64,000 bases of DNA from positions 32,001 through 96,000 of the forward strand of contig JBPRGF010000029.1 of assembly GCA_051418015.1 (NCBI GenBank), written 5' to 3'. This DNA comes from Candidatus Nitrospinota bacterium M3_3B_026 (GTDB lineage: Bacteria; Nitrospinota_A; UBA7883; JBPRGF01). The notes beneath the pieces were generated by a model. That model saw nothing but the letters and a program-made list of their open reading frames with translations. It had not been told where the DNA came from and did no database searches. Made by a program: the position numbers and the translations under genes. Positions 47,234 to 56,436 of the stretch are shown here, in pieces (the stretch's first letter is position 1; every line of letters begins with the position of its first letter).

Positions 47234-48643
47234 ATGACAAACGAGCCGGGCGGCCCCGTAAAACAGCAGGAGACCATCGCCGCCATATCCACCCCCGTCG
47301 GGGAGGGTGGCGTGGGGATGGTCCGTGTCTCCGGCGCGGGGGCGGTCGATATCGCCAAAAAGATGTTCAGGGAGCCTTCCGGCGGAAGGCGGGATGACTT
47401 CGAGCCGAGGCGGGTCTGCTACGGATACGTGACCGGCGCCGGGGGTGAGCGGATAGACGAGGTCCTGATGACGGTCATGCTCTCCCCGAACACCTACACC
47501 CGAGAGGACATGGTGGAGATAACCTGCCACGGCGGACCGATGGTCGTCCGGCGTGTCCTGGACGCATCCCTCGCGGGCGGGGCGCGGCTCGCCGAGCCGG
47601 GGGAGTTTTCGAAACGGGCTTTTTTAAATGGCCGTATCGACCTTGTCCAGGCGGAGGCGATCATAGACATCATCCGCTCCCGGTCGGAGAAGGGATGGAA
47701 AACCGCCTTTTCCCAGCTCGACGGCAAGCTCTCGGAGACGCTTTCGGGGATCGAAAAGGACCTCGTGGATGTCATGGCCGCGCTGGAGGCGTCCATCGAC
47801 TTCCCCGACGAGGAGCTTGACATCGCCGGGGACGAGCGTTTAAGAAGCGAGCTTGTCTCCCTGCGGAGGCGGGTGGAGGGGATGATTCTCTCCTACGACG
47901 CGGGGAGGATATACCGCGAGGGGGTCGCCGTGGCCATCGTGGGCAGGCCGAACGTGGGCAAATCCAGCCTCATGAACGCGCTGCTCGAGCGGGAGAGGGT
48001 CATCGTCACCCCCGTCCCCGGCACGACCCGGGACACCGTGGAGGAGACGCTACAGATAGAAGGGATCGCCGTGAGGATCGTGGACACCGCCGGGGTGCGC
48101 GAGGCGGCGGACGAGGTGGAGAAAATCGGCGTCGAAAAAACCCTGGCCGCGGCGCGGGAGGCGGACGTCGTCCTCTTCGTTCTGGATAGCTCCGAGCCGC
48201 TGAAAGACGAGGACATAAAAGCCGCCGACGCGCTGGCGGGAGGGGCGTACTCGCTGATCCCGGTCGTCAACAAGTCCGACAGGACGCTGGCCCTGGACAC
48301 AGCCGAGCTTCAAAAACACGCCGCCGGGGAGCCGGTCTTCGTCTCCGCCAAGACCGGCGAGGGGCTCGACGGCCTGAGGCGCAGGATCGCCCGCGAGGTG
48401 GAGAGGAAGGGCGAGCCCCTGGGGGAAGGCCCGCCGCTTACAAGAGAGCGTCACGTGAGCCACCTGAAGGAGATGGCCGAGTCGATCGGCCGCGCCATCG
48501 AGGCGCTGGACGCGGGCATGTCGCGCGAGTTCATTGCCGCCGACCTCGCCGAGGCCAGGGAGGCCGTCGCGAGGCTGACCGGCAAAGCGTTCGACGACCA
48601 GGTCCTCGACAGGATCTTCAGCGAGTTCTGTATAGGCAAGTGA
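47234..48643 (+). CDS. mnmE: tRNA modification GTPase MnmE
   Basis: 'TIAAIST', 'GRPNVGKSS', 'GTTRD', 'DTAG', 'NKSD', C-terminal 'FCIGK'. Confidence 0.96.
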   Translation: MTNEPGGPVKQQETIAAISTPVGEGGVGMVRVSGAGAVDIAKKMFREPSGGRRDDFEPRRVCYGYVTGAGGERIDEVLMTVMLSPNTYTREDMVEITCHGGPMVVRRVLDASLAGGARLAEPGEFSKRAFLNGRIDLVQAEAIIDIIRSRSEKGWKTAFSQLDGKLSETLSGIEKDLVDVMAALEASIDFPDEELDIAGDERLRSELVSLRRRVEGMILSYDAGRIYREGVAVAIVGRPNVGKSSLMNALLERERVIVTPVPGTTRDTVEETLQIEGIAVRIVDTAGVREAADEVEKIGVEKTLAAAREADVVLFVLDSSEPLKDEDIKAADALAGGAYSLIPVVNKSDRTLALDTAELQKHAAGEPVFVSAKTGEGLDGLRRRIAREVERKGEPLGEGPPLTRERHVSHLKEMAESIGRAIEALDAGMSREFIAADLAEAREAVARLTGKAFDDQVLDRIFSEFCIGK

Positions 48644-48800
48644 GCGCATGGCCCGCCGCCGGAGATGGAGTCTTTTTATCCGCGCGGCTTCACCGGCGGA
48701 ACCTGCGGCGTATCGCCATGACGAAAAGGGTCGTTATGGCGAGGGCGATCAGAATCTCGGCCCCGATAACCAGCCTGCTGAAAAAGTTCAGTTCAAATAG

Positions 48801-48821
48801 AAAAACGCCGCGAGGGCGTTT
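48801..48821 (-). terminator. Probable Rho-independent terminator downstream of sqr
   Basis: Minus-strand AAACGCC-CTCGC-GGCGTTT followed by TTCT. Confidence 0.5.
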
Positions 48822-48872
48822 CCTGTTTGTCCCAACTTGAACTACGGAAAGGAAAAAAATCCTCTGCCCTGC

Positions 48873-50084
48873 TCACCACCCGAAATGCGCGCCTGGGAGC
48901 CCATAGCGGAGGCTGGCCATGTAATACTTCTCGAACGCGACTTTCATAAGACGCGCCCATTTTCCCTCCTTGTGGGTCAGCTTGTTTCTCGGAGGCAGAA
49001 GCGGGCTGGCCGCGAGGTAGAAACCGGTGTCGCCGCCGTCGGCGATGCAGATAACTGAAAACTCCTTGCCGCGTTTCTTTTCCCCGCCTTTTATGTCAGC
49101 CGCGATATTGTGCGCCGCCACTTTCGCCATCTCCTCGGTCATCTGCCCGGTCTTGGGGACGCCTACCGGAACGGGCGTCTTCTCCGGCGGGGCGATGGCC
49201 AGCGCCACACCCACGGCGTAGACGTTGGGATAGGCGGGGTTGGACAGGTAATCGTCTCCGATGACGAACCCGCGCGGATTCGAAAACCCTTCGATCCCCA
49301 TGTAGGCGTGAGAGCCGAAAAACGCCGGGACGGTGAAGATGAAATCGCTCTCCAGGACGCTGCCGTCCGCAAGCTCGACGGAGTTCTCGGTTATCCTTGC
49401 GATCTCGGTGTTCGTCCTCCATGCGATGTCGCGGTCGGCGAACTCGTCCTCCAGCATTCGCGTCATCCTGCCGAACCCGCCCACGCCGAAATGGCCAAGA
49501 AAAGGCTCGTTGGTGAGAAGGGTTATTTTAAAGCCGCTTCTTATCCCCTTCCCGCGCAGGATGGTGTCGGTTATCATCGCCATCTCGTATATCGGCCCGA
49601 GGCAGGACGCCCCCTGCAGGTTGACGAACACCAGCGAGCCGGAGCCCTTGGAGATGGCGTTATCGAGCGCGCTTTTAGTCTGGAGGGCCTGATCGGCCGA
49701 GAAAATGGAGTAGCTGTGCCCCCCCTCAGGCCCCACGCCGGGGACGGCGGCGAAATCAAGCTCCGCCCCGGTGGCCGTCACCAGGTAGTCGTACTCGTAT
49801 TCGCCCTTCGAGCCTGAGACCCGGTTTTTGTCCGGCTCGGCCCTGGTTATCGTGTCCTGGACAAAATCGATCCCCTTCGCCCGGAGTTTTTCAGCTACGG
49901 GGAACTGTATGGCCGAGGGCTCGCGCCATCCGGCCGCCACCCACGGCAGCGAGGGGATGAAGGTGAAGACGTCTTCACTGGATACGACCGAAATCTCGTG
50001 CTCCCTGCCCAGCAGTTTTCGCAAAGTCATGGCGGAATGATACCCGCCGAAAGAGGACCCCAGAACGACTACGCGCTTGCCCAT
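48873..50084 (-). CDS. sqr: Sulfide:quinone oxidoreductase-like flavoprotein
   Basis: Rossmann N-terminus, 'FIPSLPWV', 'GASCLGPIYE', 'GVPKTGQM', 'ICIADGGD', 'KVAFEKYY'. Confidence 0.85.
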   Translation of the reverse strand: MGKRVVVLGSSFGGYHSAMTLRKLLGREHEISVVSSEDVFTFIPSLPWVAAGWREPSAIQFPVAEKLRAKGIDFVQDTITRAEPDKNRVSGSKGEYEYDYLVTATGAELDFAAVPGVGPEGGHSYSIFSADQALQTKSALDNAISKGSGSLVFVNLQGASCLGPIYEMAMITDTILRGKGIRSGFKITLLTNEPFLGHFGVGGFGRMTRMLEDEFADRDIAWRTNTEIARITENSVELADGSVLESDFIFTVPAFFGSHAYMGIEGFSNPRGFVIGDDYLSNPAYPNVYAVGVALAIAPPEKTPVPVGVPKTGQMTEEMAKVAAHNIAADIKGGEKKRGKEFSVICIADGGDTGFYLAASPLLPPRNKLTHKEGKWARLMKVAFEKYYMASLRYGLPGAHFGW

Positions 50085-50097
50085 GACGGCCTCCTAG

Positions 50098-50454
50098 CTA
50101 GAATGTCACGACCCTGTCCGACTCCAATATCCAGCCGTAAAGGTCTTTCATCGCGCCTACCTGGATTTTGTCCGTCATCTCGCCTTCGCCTATGCCGCAC
50201 CTGTCGATGCACGTCTTGCAGTATTTGACCTCGACACCCTCATTGACGAGATCGGTCAGCATCTCGCACAGGTCGAAGAAGTTTTTCGGCGGCTCCAATC
50301 CTTTCCGGCCGGTGTCCACCCCTTCGTTTATGAGAAAGACGCGTGTTTTCGTCCCATTTTTCAGAGCCGTGTCAGCCAGGCGCAAGGCGTTCCAGACCCC
50401 GTCGGAACCCTCGTATGGTGGTGAGCTTATGATAACGAGAAGAGATTTATCCAT
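50098..50454 (-). CDS. DsrE/YchN-family sulfur-relay protein
   Basis: 'SPPYEGSD…NALRLA…VFLINEGV…CKTCIDRCG…SDRVVTF'. Confidence 0.85.
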   Translation of the reverse strand: MDKSLLVIISSPPYEGSDGVWNALRLADTALKNGTKTRVFLINEGVDTGRKGLEPPKNFFDLCEMLTDLVNEGVEVKYCKTCIDRCGIGEGEMTDKIQVGAMKDLYGWILESDRVVTF

Positions 50455-50469
50455 ATTTTTCTACCCCAG

Positions 50470-50501
50470 ATATTATAGTATTCAATCGAATACTATAATA
50501 T
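50470..50501. promoter_or_regulatory. Perfect 14-bp inverted repeat (operator) upstream of dsrE-sqr
   Basis: ATATTATAGTATTC-AATC-GAATACTATAATAT; overlaps the -10 region of a minus-strand promoter with TTGACT at 50524-50519. Confidence 0.65.
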
Positions 50502-50594
50502 ATCCCCCCCGCGGACAAAGTCAATGAATTAAAACAGTCTCCCGGCGTTCTTTTCCCCGCGATATCTAATTGTTTATTTGCGCCTTAACATTTT

Positions 50595-50675
50595 TTAAAC
50601 CACCGGGATGACGACGAGCGTGAAGATGGTGGGCGATAAAAGCCAGCCGAGGGCCGGCTCGATGATGACCTTCAT
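50595..50675 (-). pseudogene. Relic copy of the cusA 3' end
   Basis: 50599-50644 matches cusA 53018-53063 at 42/46 nt; translates LLSPTIFTLVVIPVV versus LLSSTILTLIVIPVV. Confidence 0.75.
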
Positions 50676-50742
50676 GTCGTCGATGGTTATGCCGTAGCGG
50701 CCGACATAAAGGAAACGCTGAAAAGCGCCGGATAATTTTTTC

Positions 50743-51012
50743 TCAATAAAGCGGCCGCCCAACTCCCGCCTCTCGCAATCCGCTCTCGTCGACACCCCTG
50801 CCGGCGCAGCATTCGGCGAGTTTTCCATCTACAGCAACTGCCGGCACGGAATGGACACCTAACTCCCGGGCGCGGCTGGCTGCCTTTCTGTCGTTCATGT
50901 CCAGAACCGCGACTTCGCACGATGGGCACGCGGTCTTGTTGACCAGTTCGATCGTCTCTTCACATACCGGGCATCCGGCGCTGAAGACCTCTATCTTTCG
51001 CTTCGCGTTCAT
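50743..51012 (-). CDS. Small thioredoxin/glutaredoxin-like Cys-rich protein
   Basis: 'IEVFSAGCPVC…CPSC…GVHSVPAVAVDGKLAECC'; AAGGAGG RBS. Confidence 0.8.
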   Translation of the reverse strand: MNAKRKIEVFSAGCPVCEETIELVNKTACPSCEVAVLDMNDRKAASRARELGVHSVPAVAVDGKLAECCAGRGVDESGLREAGVGRPLY

Positions 51013-51038
51013 CGTTCAATCCTCCTTCAATAGTCAGT

Positions 51039-51803
51039 TCATCCAGCCTCCCCCTCCCCGACACAGGCGGGGCAGGGGGCGTTGTCATCGGCCGTTTTCA
51101 CCGGCCATGAGTTCCATGCAAAAGCCGCCACGAGCAGGCCGAATCCCGCGTACATGACAGGCTCCGAGCCGAGCCAGAACTTGCCGGTCATCGCGGCAGC
51201 GGACGCCGCCAAGCCGAGGGCGAACGGGCCGTAGCCTCTCCTGCTTTTCGCGTGATAAGCAAGAGGCGCCACGGCCAGCGTCAGGAAAAGCGCCATGAGA
51301 GGCGCAAGGTACGGCGTGTAATTCACGAACCCGATCCCAAACACTCCCAGGAGCCATGCGTAGGCGGGCCAGCAGGCGGGGCACGTCAGCTTGGGCGCCA
51401 GCGCGACGCCTATCGCGGGCAGAACGGAAAAAGCTCCGCCTATCGATTTTTTATGTTTCGCATTGGCCACGCCGCCTGAAGTCTCCACGCTTTCTCTCAG
51501 CAACGCTGTGACGATGACATCCACGGACGGAACAACGTCGCGGCGGCCTTCGCTGTCTATGTACATGCGGCAGGTGGCCGCGCCGTCCCCCGGCGCTTCT
51601 CCGGCCACGTCTTCTCCATTAACGAGTATCGTCGGGGAGCCGTATCGCCGGACATGATCAGGGCTCCCCGGGTCGCCGCGCTCCCATTCCGTCCAGGAGG
51701 GCGCGGCCCCGGCCAGGGAAAGGGCTTTCATAAGGTTGGCCCTGGCCTTGTCTTTGTTCGGGCATGTGGAATCGTATATAAGCTCCACTTTTGGCATGGT
51801 CAT
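51039..51803 (-). CDS. Thioredoxin-like domain fused to a MerC-like mercury transporter
   Basis: N-terminal 'CPN…GSPTILVNG…CRMY'; membrane part 'PKLTCPACWPAYA…' with four TM segments; C-terminal CPAC; TGATG overlap with merR. Confidence 0.72.
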   Translation of the reverse strand: MTMPKVELIYDSTCPNKDKARANLMKALSLAGAAPSWTEWERGDPGSPDHVRRYGSPTILVNGEDVAGEAPGDGAATCRMYIDSEGRRDVVPSVDVIVTALLRESVETSGGVANAKHKKSIGGAFSVLPAIGVALAPKLTCPACWPAYAWLLGVFGIGFVNYTPYLAPLMALFLTLAVAPLAYHAKSRRGYGPFALGLAASAAAMTGKFWLGSEPVMYAGFGLLVAAFAWNSWPVKTADDNAPCPACVGEGEAG

Positions 51804-52207
51804 CACTCCTCCCTGTCCAGAGCCTCCAGTATCGGGCAGTCGCTCGACGGCCCGCGCCCCCTGCACGAGGCGGCTAGCTTTTCCAGGGCGCTCTTTATTT
51901 TCGAAAGTTGTTCGATCCTTTTGTCCACGTCGGCGATTTTTTCCATGGCCCGGGCTCTCACGTCAGCGCAGGTGGCCCCCGGCTCCACGCGCAGCCGCAA
52001 AAGCTCCTGTATCTCCTTGAGCGAAAAGCCGAGATCCTTGGCCCGCCGGATAAAACTTATCCGCCCCACCACGTCTTCCCCGTATTGCCGGTAGCCGGAA
52101 TCTTTCGTGGGCGGTTTGTCGATAAGCCCCTTGCGCTCGTAGAACCGGACGGTTTCCACTCCCACGCCAGCCAGTTTGGCCACTTTTCCGATAGTTAAGG
52201 GTTTCAT
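51803..52207 (-). CDS. merR: MerR-family metal-responsive regulator (three-Cys, Hg/divalent type)
   Basis: 'TIGKVAKLAGVGVETVRFYERKGL', 'GYRQY', and Cys in 'TCADV', 'SCRG', 'DCPILEAL'. Confidence 0.85.
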   Translation of the reverse strand: MKPLTIGKVAKLAGVGVETVRFYERKGLIDKPPTKDSGYRQYGEDVVGRISFIRRAKDLGFSLKEIQELLRLRVEPGATCADVRARAMEKIADVDKRIEQLSKIKSALEKLAASCRGRGPSSDCPILEALDREE

Positions 52208-52225
52208 TTCCCTTTCCTCAACTTT

Positions 52226-52257
52226 AATATAGACTCCGTACTATGCTACGGAGTCAA
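52226..52257 (-). promoter_or_regulatory. MerR operator/promoter
   Basis: Minus strand TTGACT-CCGTAGCATAGTACGGAGTC-TATATT: elongated 20-bp spacer containing the dyad GACTCCGTA-N6-TACGGAGTC, like the Tn21/Tn501 mer operator. Confidence 0.85.
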
Positions 52258-52315
52258 GGGCGGATTTGAGGCGGCCGCCAACTGGGAATCGCGCGCCGGA
52301 AGCTGGATCAGCTGG

Positions 52316-52978
52316 TCAGTCGGAAGTGTTTCGCCGCAGGAATTCGAGCAGCAACTTCTTCTCTTCGGATGTGGGCGCCTCGACACCGGCTTCCCTGATG
52401 TTCTCCTCCATCTTCCGCACAACCCGTGGCCACTCGGATTTCGTGTGGATGGATGGGTCGGGCGGCTCGTGGCATTGGGAGCATATTCTCTCGAACGTTT
52501 TATATTCCGGGGTATCGAGGGAAGCGGTTTTCGATCTGTCCAGAGCCTTCAGCGCGTTCTTTTCAAGGTATCCGATGACCGCCTCTTTCTCCGCCGCCGT
52601 CATCGGCTCCACCCGGCCCCGGCCCATCATCATTTTCATCATCCCCATCATGCCGCCCCCCATGCCCGACATCATCCGCATCCGCGAGTCCATCCGCTCC
52701 ACCAGCGCCTTCCAGTCCTTCGCCGAGTTTCGCTTGGGGCTTGGCAGGGGATGGCACTGGGAACAGAATTTCGCGTAGGTCCTGGCCTCTGGAGAAGCCG
52801 CGTCCGGCAGGTTCTCAGGGTCGACGCCGGTCTTCGGCATCCTCCCCATCATCGAGCACATCTTCCCGTCCCCCATCATGCCTCCGCCCATCATGCGGCT
52901 GGCGTAGGCTGTGGAGACCGGCGCCGCAACCAGGCATATCGCTGCTGACAGGACTGTTACCATCTTGCTCATATTCAT
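52316..52978 (-). CDS. Periplasmic diheme cytochrome c with Met/Gly-rich segments
   Basis: Signal peptide; two CSQCH motifs; MMGGGMM and MMSGMGGGMMGMMKMMM tracts. Confidence 0.8.
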   Translation of the reverse strand: MNMSKMVTVLSAAICLVAAPVSTAYASRMMGGGMMGDGKMCSMMGRMPKTGVDPENLPDAASPEARTYAKFCSQCHPLPSPKRNSAKDWKALVERMDSRMRMMSGMGGGMMGMMKMMMGRGRVEPMTAAEKEAVIGYLEKNALKALDRSKTASLDTPEYKTFERICSQCHEPPDPSIHTKSEWPRVVRKMEENIREAGVEAPTSEEKKLLLEFLRRNTSD

Positions 52979-55900
52979 GAATATACCCCTTTACCTGGCC
53001 TTTTCAACATCGCGTAGACCACCGGGATGACGATGAGCGTAAGGATGGTGGACGATAAAAGCCCTCCGATCATTGGCGCGGCCATACGCTTCATCGGCCC
53101 GGAGCCCGCGCCCGCCGACCACATGATGGGCAAAAGACCGAGTATTAGGCAGCTTACCACCATCATCTTCGGGCGCACTCTCATCACCGCGCCTTCGATG
53201 ATGGCTTCGATCAAGTCGCCATGGCCCCGCATCAGCCCATCCTTTTTTCGCTTTTCGTAAGCCATGTTCAGGTAGACGAGCATGACAACGCCGGTCTCCG
53301 CCGCAAGCCCCGCCAGCGCGATGAACCCGACGGCCACCGCCACGCTCATGTTGTAACCGAGCGAATGAACAAGCCAGATTCCGCCGATCACGCTGAACGG
53401 CAGGGCAAGCATGATTATCAATGTATCCGAAAGGCTCCCGAAGTTGAGGTAAAGAAGAAGGAAGATGATGACCAGTGTCAGCGGGACGATGACAGAGAGC
53501 CTCCTGTTGACATCCTCCATGAGCCTGTATTGACCGCTCCATTCCATGTGGTAACCGGCCGGAAGTTTGATGGCGCCGCTCATGGCGGCCCTGTCGATGG
53601 CAGCCTGGGCGCGCGCGACGTATGTCCCGATATCCTGCCCGGCCTCGAGGGCGACGGGAACGTTGACGAGCGTCATGCCGTTCTCGCTTTTTATCATCGG
53701 CGGCCCGCCGCGAAGCTCTATGGTGGACACGGCGCCCAGCGGGACAAGCGCTCCGTTCGAGGCGGTCAGCAATACTCTTTTGAGTTTCTCCGGGTCGTCA
53801 CGCAGCTCCCGGGGATAACGCACGTTGACGGGGAACCGGTACCGCCCTTCTATTGTATTGGTGATGTTCGCTCCGCCGATGGCCGACTCTATGACCATCC
53901 TTGCGTCGTCGATGGCGATGCCGTATCGGGCGAGCTTTCGCCGGTCAAGGTCGATGTCGAGGTAACTCCCTCCCATGACCCGCTCGGCCGATACGGACAA
54001 CGTCCCCGGAACCGCGCCTAAAACTCGCTCCACACCGACGGCTATTTTTTCGAGTTCACCGAGGTCATCGCCGTATATCTTCAATCCCAGCAAACCTTTC
54101 ATGCCCGTGGTGAGCATCCCGACGCGTGTCTCTATCGGCATGAGCCACCAGTTGGGCATACCGGGTATGGTAACGGCGCGGTTCATCTCCTCCTTGGTCA
54201 GTTCCTCGAAGGTTGTCCGCCGGAGCGGGACGGGGGACGCAGCCGTGTATTTTCCCAGCAGCGTTTGCGCCCTGCCAGCATCGCCAGGAGCAAGATATCC
54301 GGCGGATGAAAGATGGGAGACCAGGTCATTGGATACCGTTTCCTGAAGTTTTTGCGTGAGCTCTTGTCTAACGGAAATGATGTTTATCCCCCTCAGAAGC
54401 TCCTCCCTGATCCATGTGTTCAGGCTCCATCGGCTCTGACTTTCAACAGTCTCCGCGATATCCCGCGCCGTTACGTTCCTGACGACGTTCCCCGCTTCAA
54501 GCGCGGCGATCATACCCAGCGCGATGCCACGTATGAACCCTTTTTCTATTATCCGCTCCGGCCATTTTCCCTCAGGCTTCAACGAGACATGCGTCTCCAC
54601 CATGGAGAGCGGCGCGGGGTCGGTGGGGGTGTCGGCGCGTCCTATCTTGCCCAGCACGGTGTCCACCTCGGGGAACTGTTTTAGAAGCCTGTCCTGTGTC
54701 TGCAAAACCCGCGCGGCCTCGGCCACGGGCAGGCCGGGGACAGTTGTTGGCATGTAGAGGATGTCCCCCTCTTTCAGTGGTGGCATGAATTCGCTTCCAA
54801 GCTTTTTGCAGGGAACAACAGTCAAGGCGAGCGCGAGGACAGCCAGAGCGATCACCGTTTTTCCGAACCTCAGCGCGATACGCAGGACAGGCCTGTAGAT
54901 GAAGATGAGAACGCGGCTTGCCGGATTTTTATTTTCGGAGGGGACTCGGCCCTTGACGAAAACTCCTATGAGGACCGGTATCAGCGTAACGGCGATGACC
55001 GCCGAGGCGCCCATGGCGAAGGTCTTGGTGTACGCCAGCGGCTTGAACAGCCGCCCGGCCTGATCGCCCAACGCAAACACTGGCAAAAACGACACGGTTA
55101 TTATCAGTAGAGAGAAAAAAAGCGCCGGACCGACCTCGACGCAGGCGTCGATGACGGCGCGGCTTTTATCGCCTCCCCTCTCCAGATGTTTGTGCGTGTT
55201 CTCGACCATCACCACCGCCGCGTCCACCATCGCGCCGATGGCGATGGCTATACCGCCGAGCGACATGATGTTCGCCCCCAGCCCCATCGCCTTCATGACG
55301 ATGAAGGCCGCCAGGACGCCGAGCGGCAGCGTGATCGACGCCACGAAGGCGGAGCGCAGATGCCACAGGAATAAAACGGTGACGAGAGCGACTATCACCA
55401 TCTCCTCTATCAGTTTGGATTTGAGCGTGGCGATGGCGCGGTATATGAGGCCGGAGCGGTCGTAGGCGGGGTTTATGACGACCCCTTCCGGGAGACCCTT
55501 CGATATCTGGCGAAGCTTCTCCTTCACGCCGTTTATCACTTCCAGCGCATTCGCGCCGTGGCGGGCCACGACTATGCCAGCCACCACTTCGCCATTTCCG
55601 TCTTTCTCCGCGATGCCGCGTTTGGTCTCGGCCCCTATCTGGACGGTGGCCACGTCTTTTATTCTCGTCGGCGTTCCGTTGGCGCCTGATCGCAGGACGA
55701 TTTTCTCGATGTCCTCGATGTCTTTTATATATCCTCTCCCCCTGACCATGAACTCCGTGGCCCCAAGCTCCATCACGTCCCCGCCCGCGTCGTTGTTGCC
55801 TTTGCGGACGGCGTTTGCCACACTGCCCAGCGGCAGCCGATATAGGAGAAGCTTTCGCGGGTCGACGGTGACCTGATACTGCCGGGAGGCCCCGCCGACG

Positions 55901-56436
55901 CTCGCCACCTCCGCCACGCCCGGGACGCTCAGCAACTGGTAGCGAACATAAAAGTCCTGCAGGGCGCGAAGCTCGCCGAGGTTATACCGGCCTCCCGTAT
56001 CCTCCACCGTGTATATGAACACCCAGCCGAGCCCCGTCGCGTCGGGGCCGAGGGATGGAGCGACGCCGGATGGCAGGCTCCCTTTGACCTGGTTGAGATA
56101 CTCGATAACACGGCTTCGCGCCCAGTAAATATCCGTCCCGTCCTCGAAGATTACATATATAAAGGACTGGCCGAACATGGAGTATCCCCGGACGTCCTTT
56201 ACTTTCGGGACGGCGAGCATGGCCGAGGCGAGGGGGTATGTGACCTGATCCTCGACGGTACGCGGGTCGCGCCCCATCCACTTCGTGTCTATTATGACCT
56301 GCGTGTCCGATAGGTCGGGTATGGCGTCCAGGGGGATTCGGGAGAGCGACCATGCCCCGGCGAGCGCGGCGATCATCGAGACGATGATCACCAGCAGGCG
56401 GTTGCGCGCGCTCCACTCGATGACGAGGCGGATCAT
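52975..56436 (-). CDS. cusA: CusA/SilA-type heavy-metal RND permease (with ~110-aa insertion)
   Basis: 'DAIPDLSDTQVII', 'GPDATGLGWV', 'IAIGAMVDAA', Cu(I)-site Met equivalents 'LYMPT', 'PLSMVET', 'VGMLTTG', and 'RVRPKMM'. Confidence 0.92.
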   Translation of the reverse strand: MIRLVIEWSARNRLLVIIVSMIAALAGAWSLSRIPLDAIPDLSDTQVIIDTKWMGRDPRTVEDQVTYPLASAMLAVPKVKDVRGYSMFGQSFIYVIFEDGTDIYWARSRVIEYLNQVKGSLPSGVAPSLGPDATGLGWVFIYTVEDTGGRYNLGELRALQDFYVRYQLLSVPGVAEVASVGGASRQYQVTVDPRKLLLYRLPLGSVANAVRKGNNDAGGDVMELGATEFMVRGRGYIKDIEDIEKIVLRSGANGTPTRIKDVATVQIGAETKRGIAEKDGNGEVVAGIVVARHGANALEVINGVKEKLRQISKGLPEGVVINPAYDRSGLIYRAIATLKSKLIEEMVIVALVTVLFLWHLRSAFVASITLPLGVLAAFIVMKAMGLGANIMSLGGIAIAIGAMVDAAVVMVENTHKHLERGGDKSRAVIDACVEVGPALFFSLLIITVSFLPVFALGDQAGRLFKPLAYTKTFAMGASAVIAVTLIPVLIGVFVKGRVPSENKNPASRVLIFIYRPVLRIALRFGKTVIALAVLALALTVVPCKKLGSEFMPPLKEGDILYMPTTVPGLPVAEAARVLQTQDRLLKQFPEVDTVLGKIGRADTPTDPAPLSMVETHVSLKPEGKWPERIIEKGFIRGIALGMIAALEAGNVVRNVTARDIAETVESQSRWSLNTWIREELLRGINIISVRQELTQKLQETVSNDLVSHLSSAGYLAPGDAGRAQTLLGKYTAASPVPLRRTTFEELTKEEMNRAVTIPGMPNWWLMPIETRVGMLTTGMKGLLGLKIYGDDLGELEKIAVGVERVLGAVPGTLSVSAERVMGGSYLDIDLDRRKLARYGIAIDDARMVIESAIGGANITNTIEGRYRFPVNVRYPRELRDDPEKLKRVLLTASNGALVPLGAVSTIELRGGPPMIKSENGMTLVNVPVALEAGQDIGTYVARAQAAIDRAAMSGAIKLPAGYHMEWSGQYRLMEDVNRRLSVIVPLTLVIIFLLLYLNFGSLSDTLIIMLALPFSVIGGIWLVHSLGYNMSVAVAVGFIALAGLAAETGVVMLVYLNMAYEKRKKDGLMRGHGDLIEAIIEGAVMRVRPKMMVVSCLILGLLPIMWSAGAGSGPMKRMAAPMIGGLLSSTILTLIVIPVVYAMLKRPGKGVYS

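Noticed and set aside
50595..50828. 77-aa ORF as a real gene
   Set aside because: Its 5' part overlaps the thioredoxin-like gene out of frame; only the last ~25 codons are meaningful, as a cusA relic.
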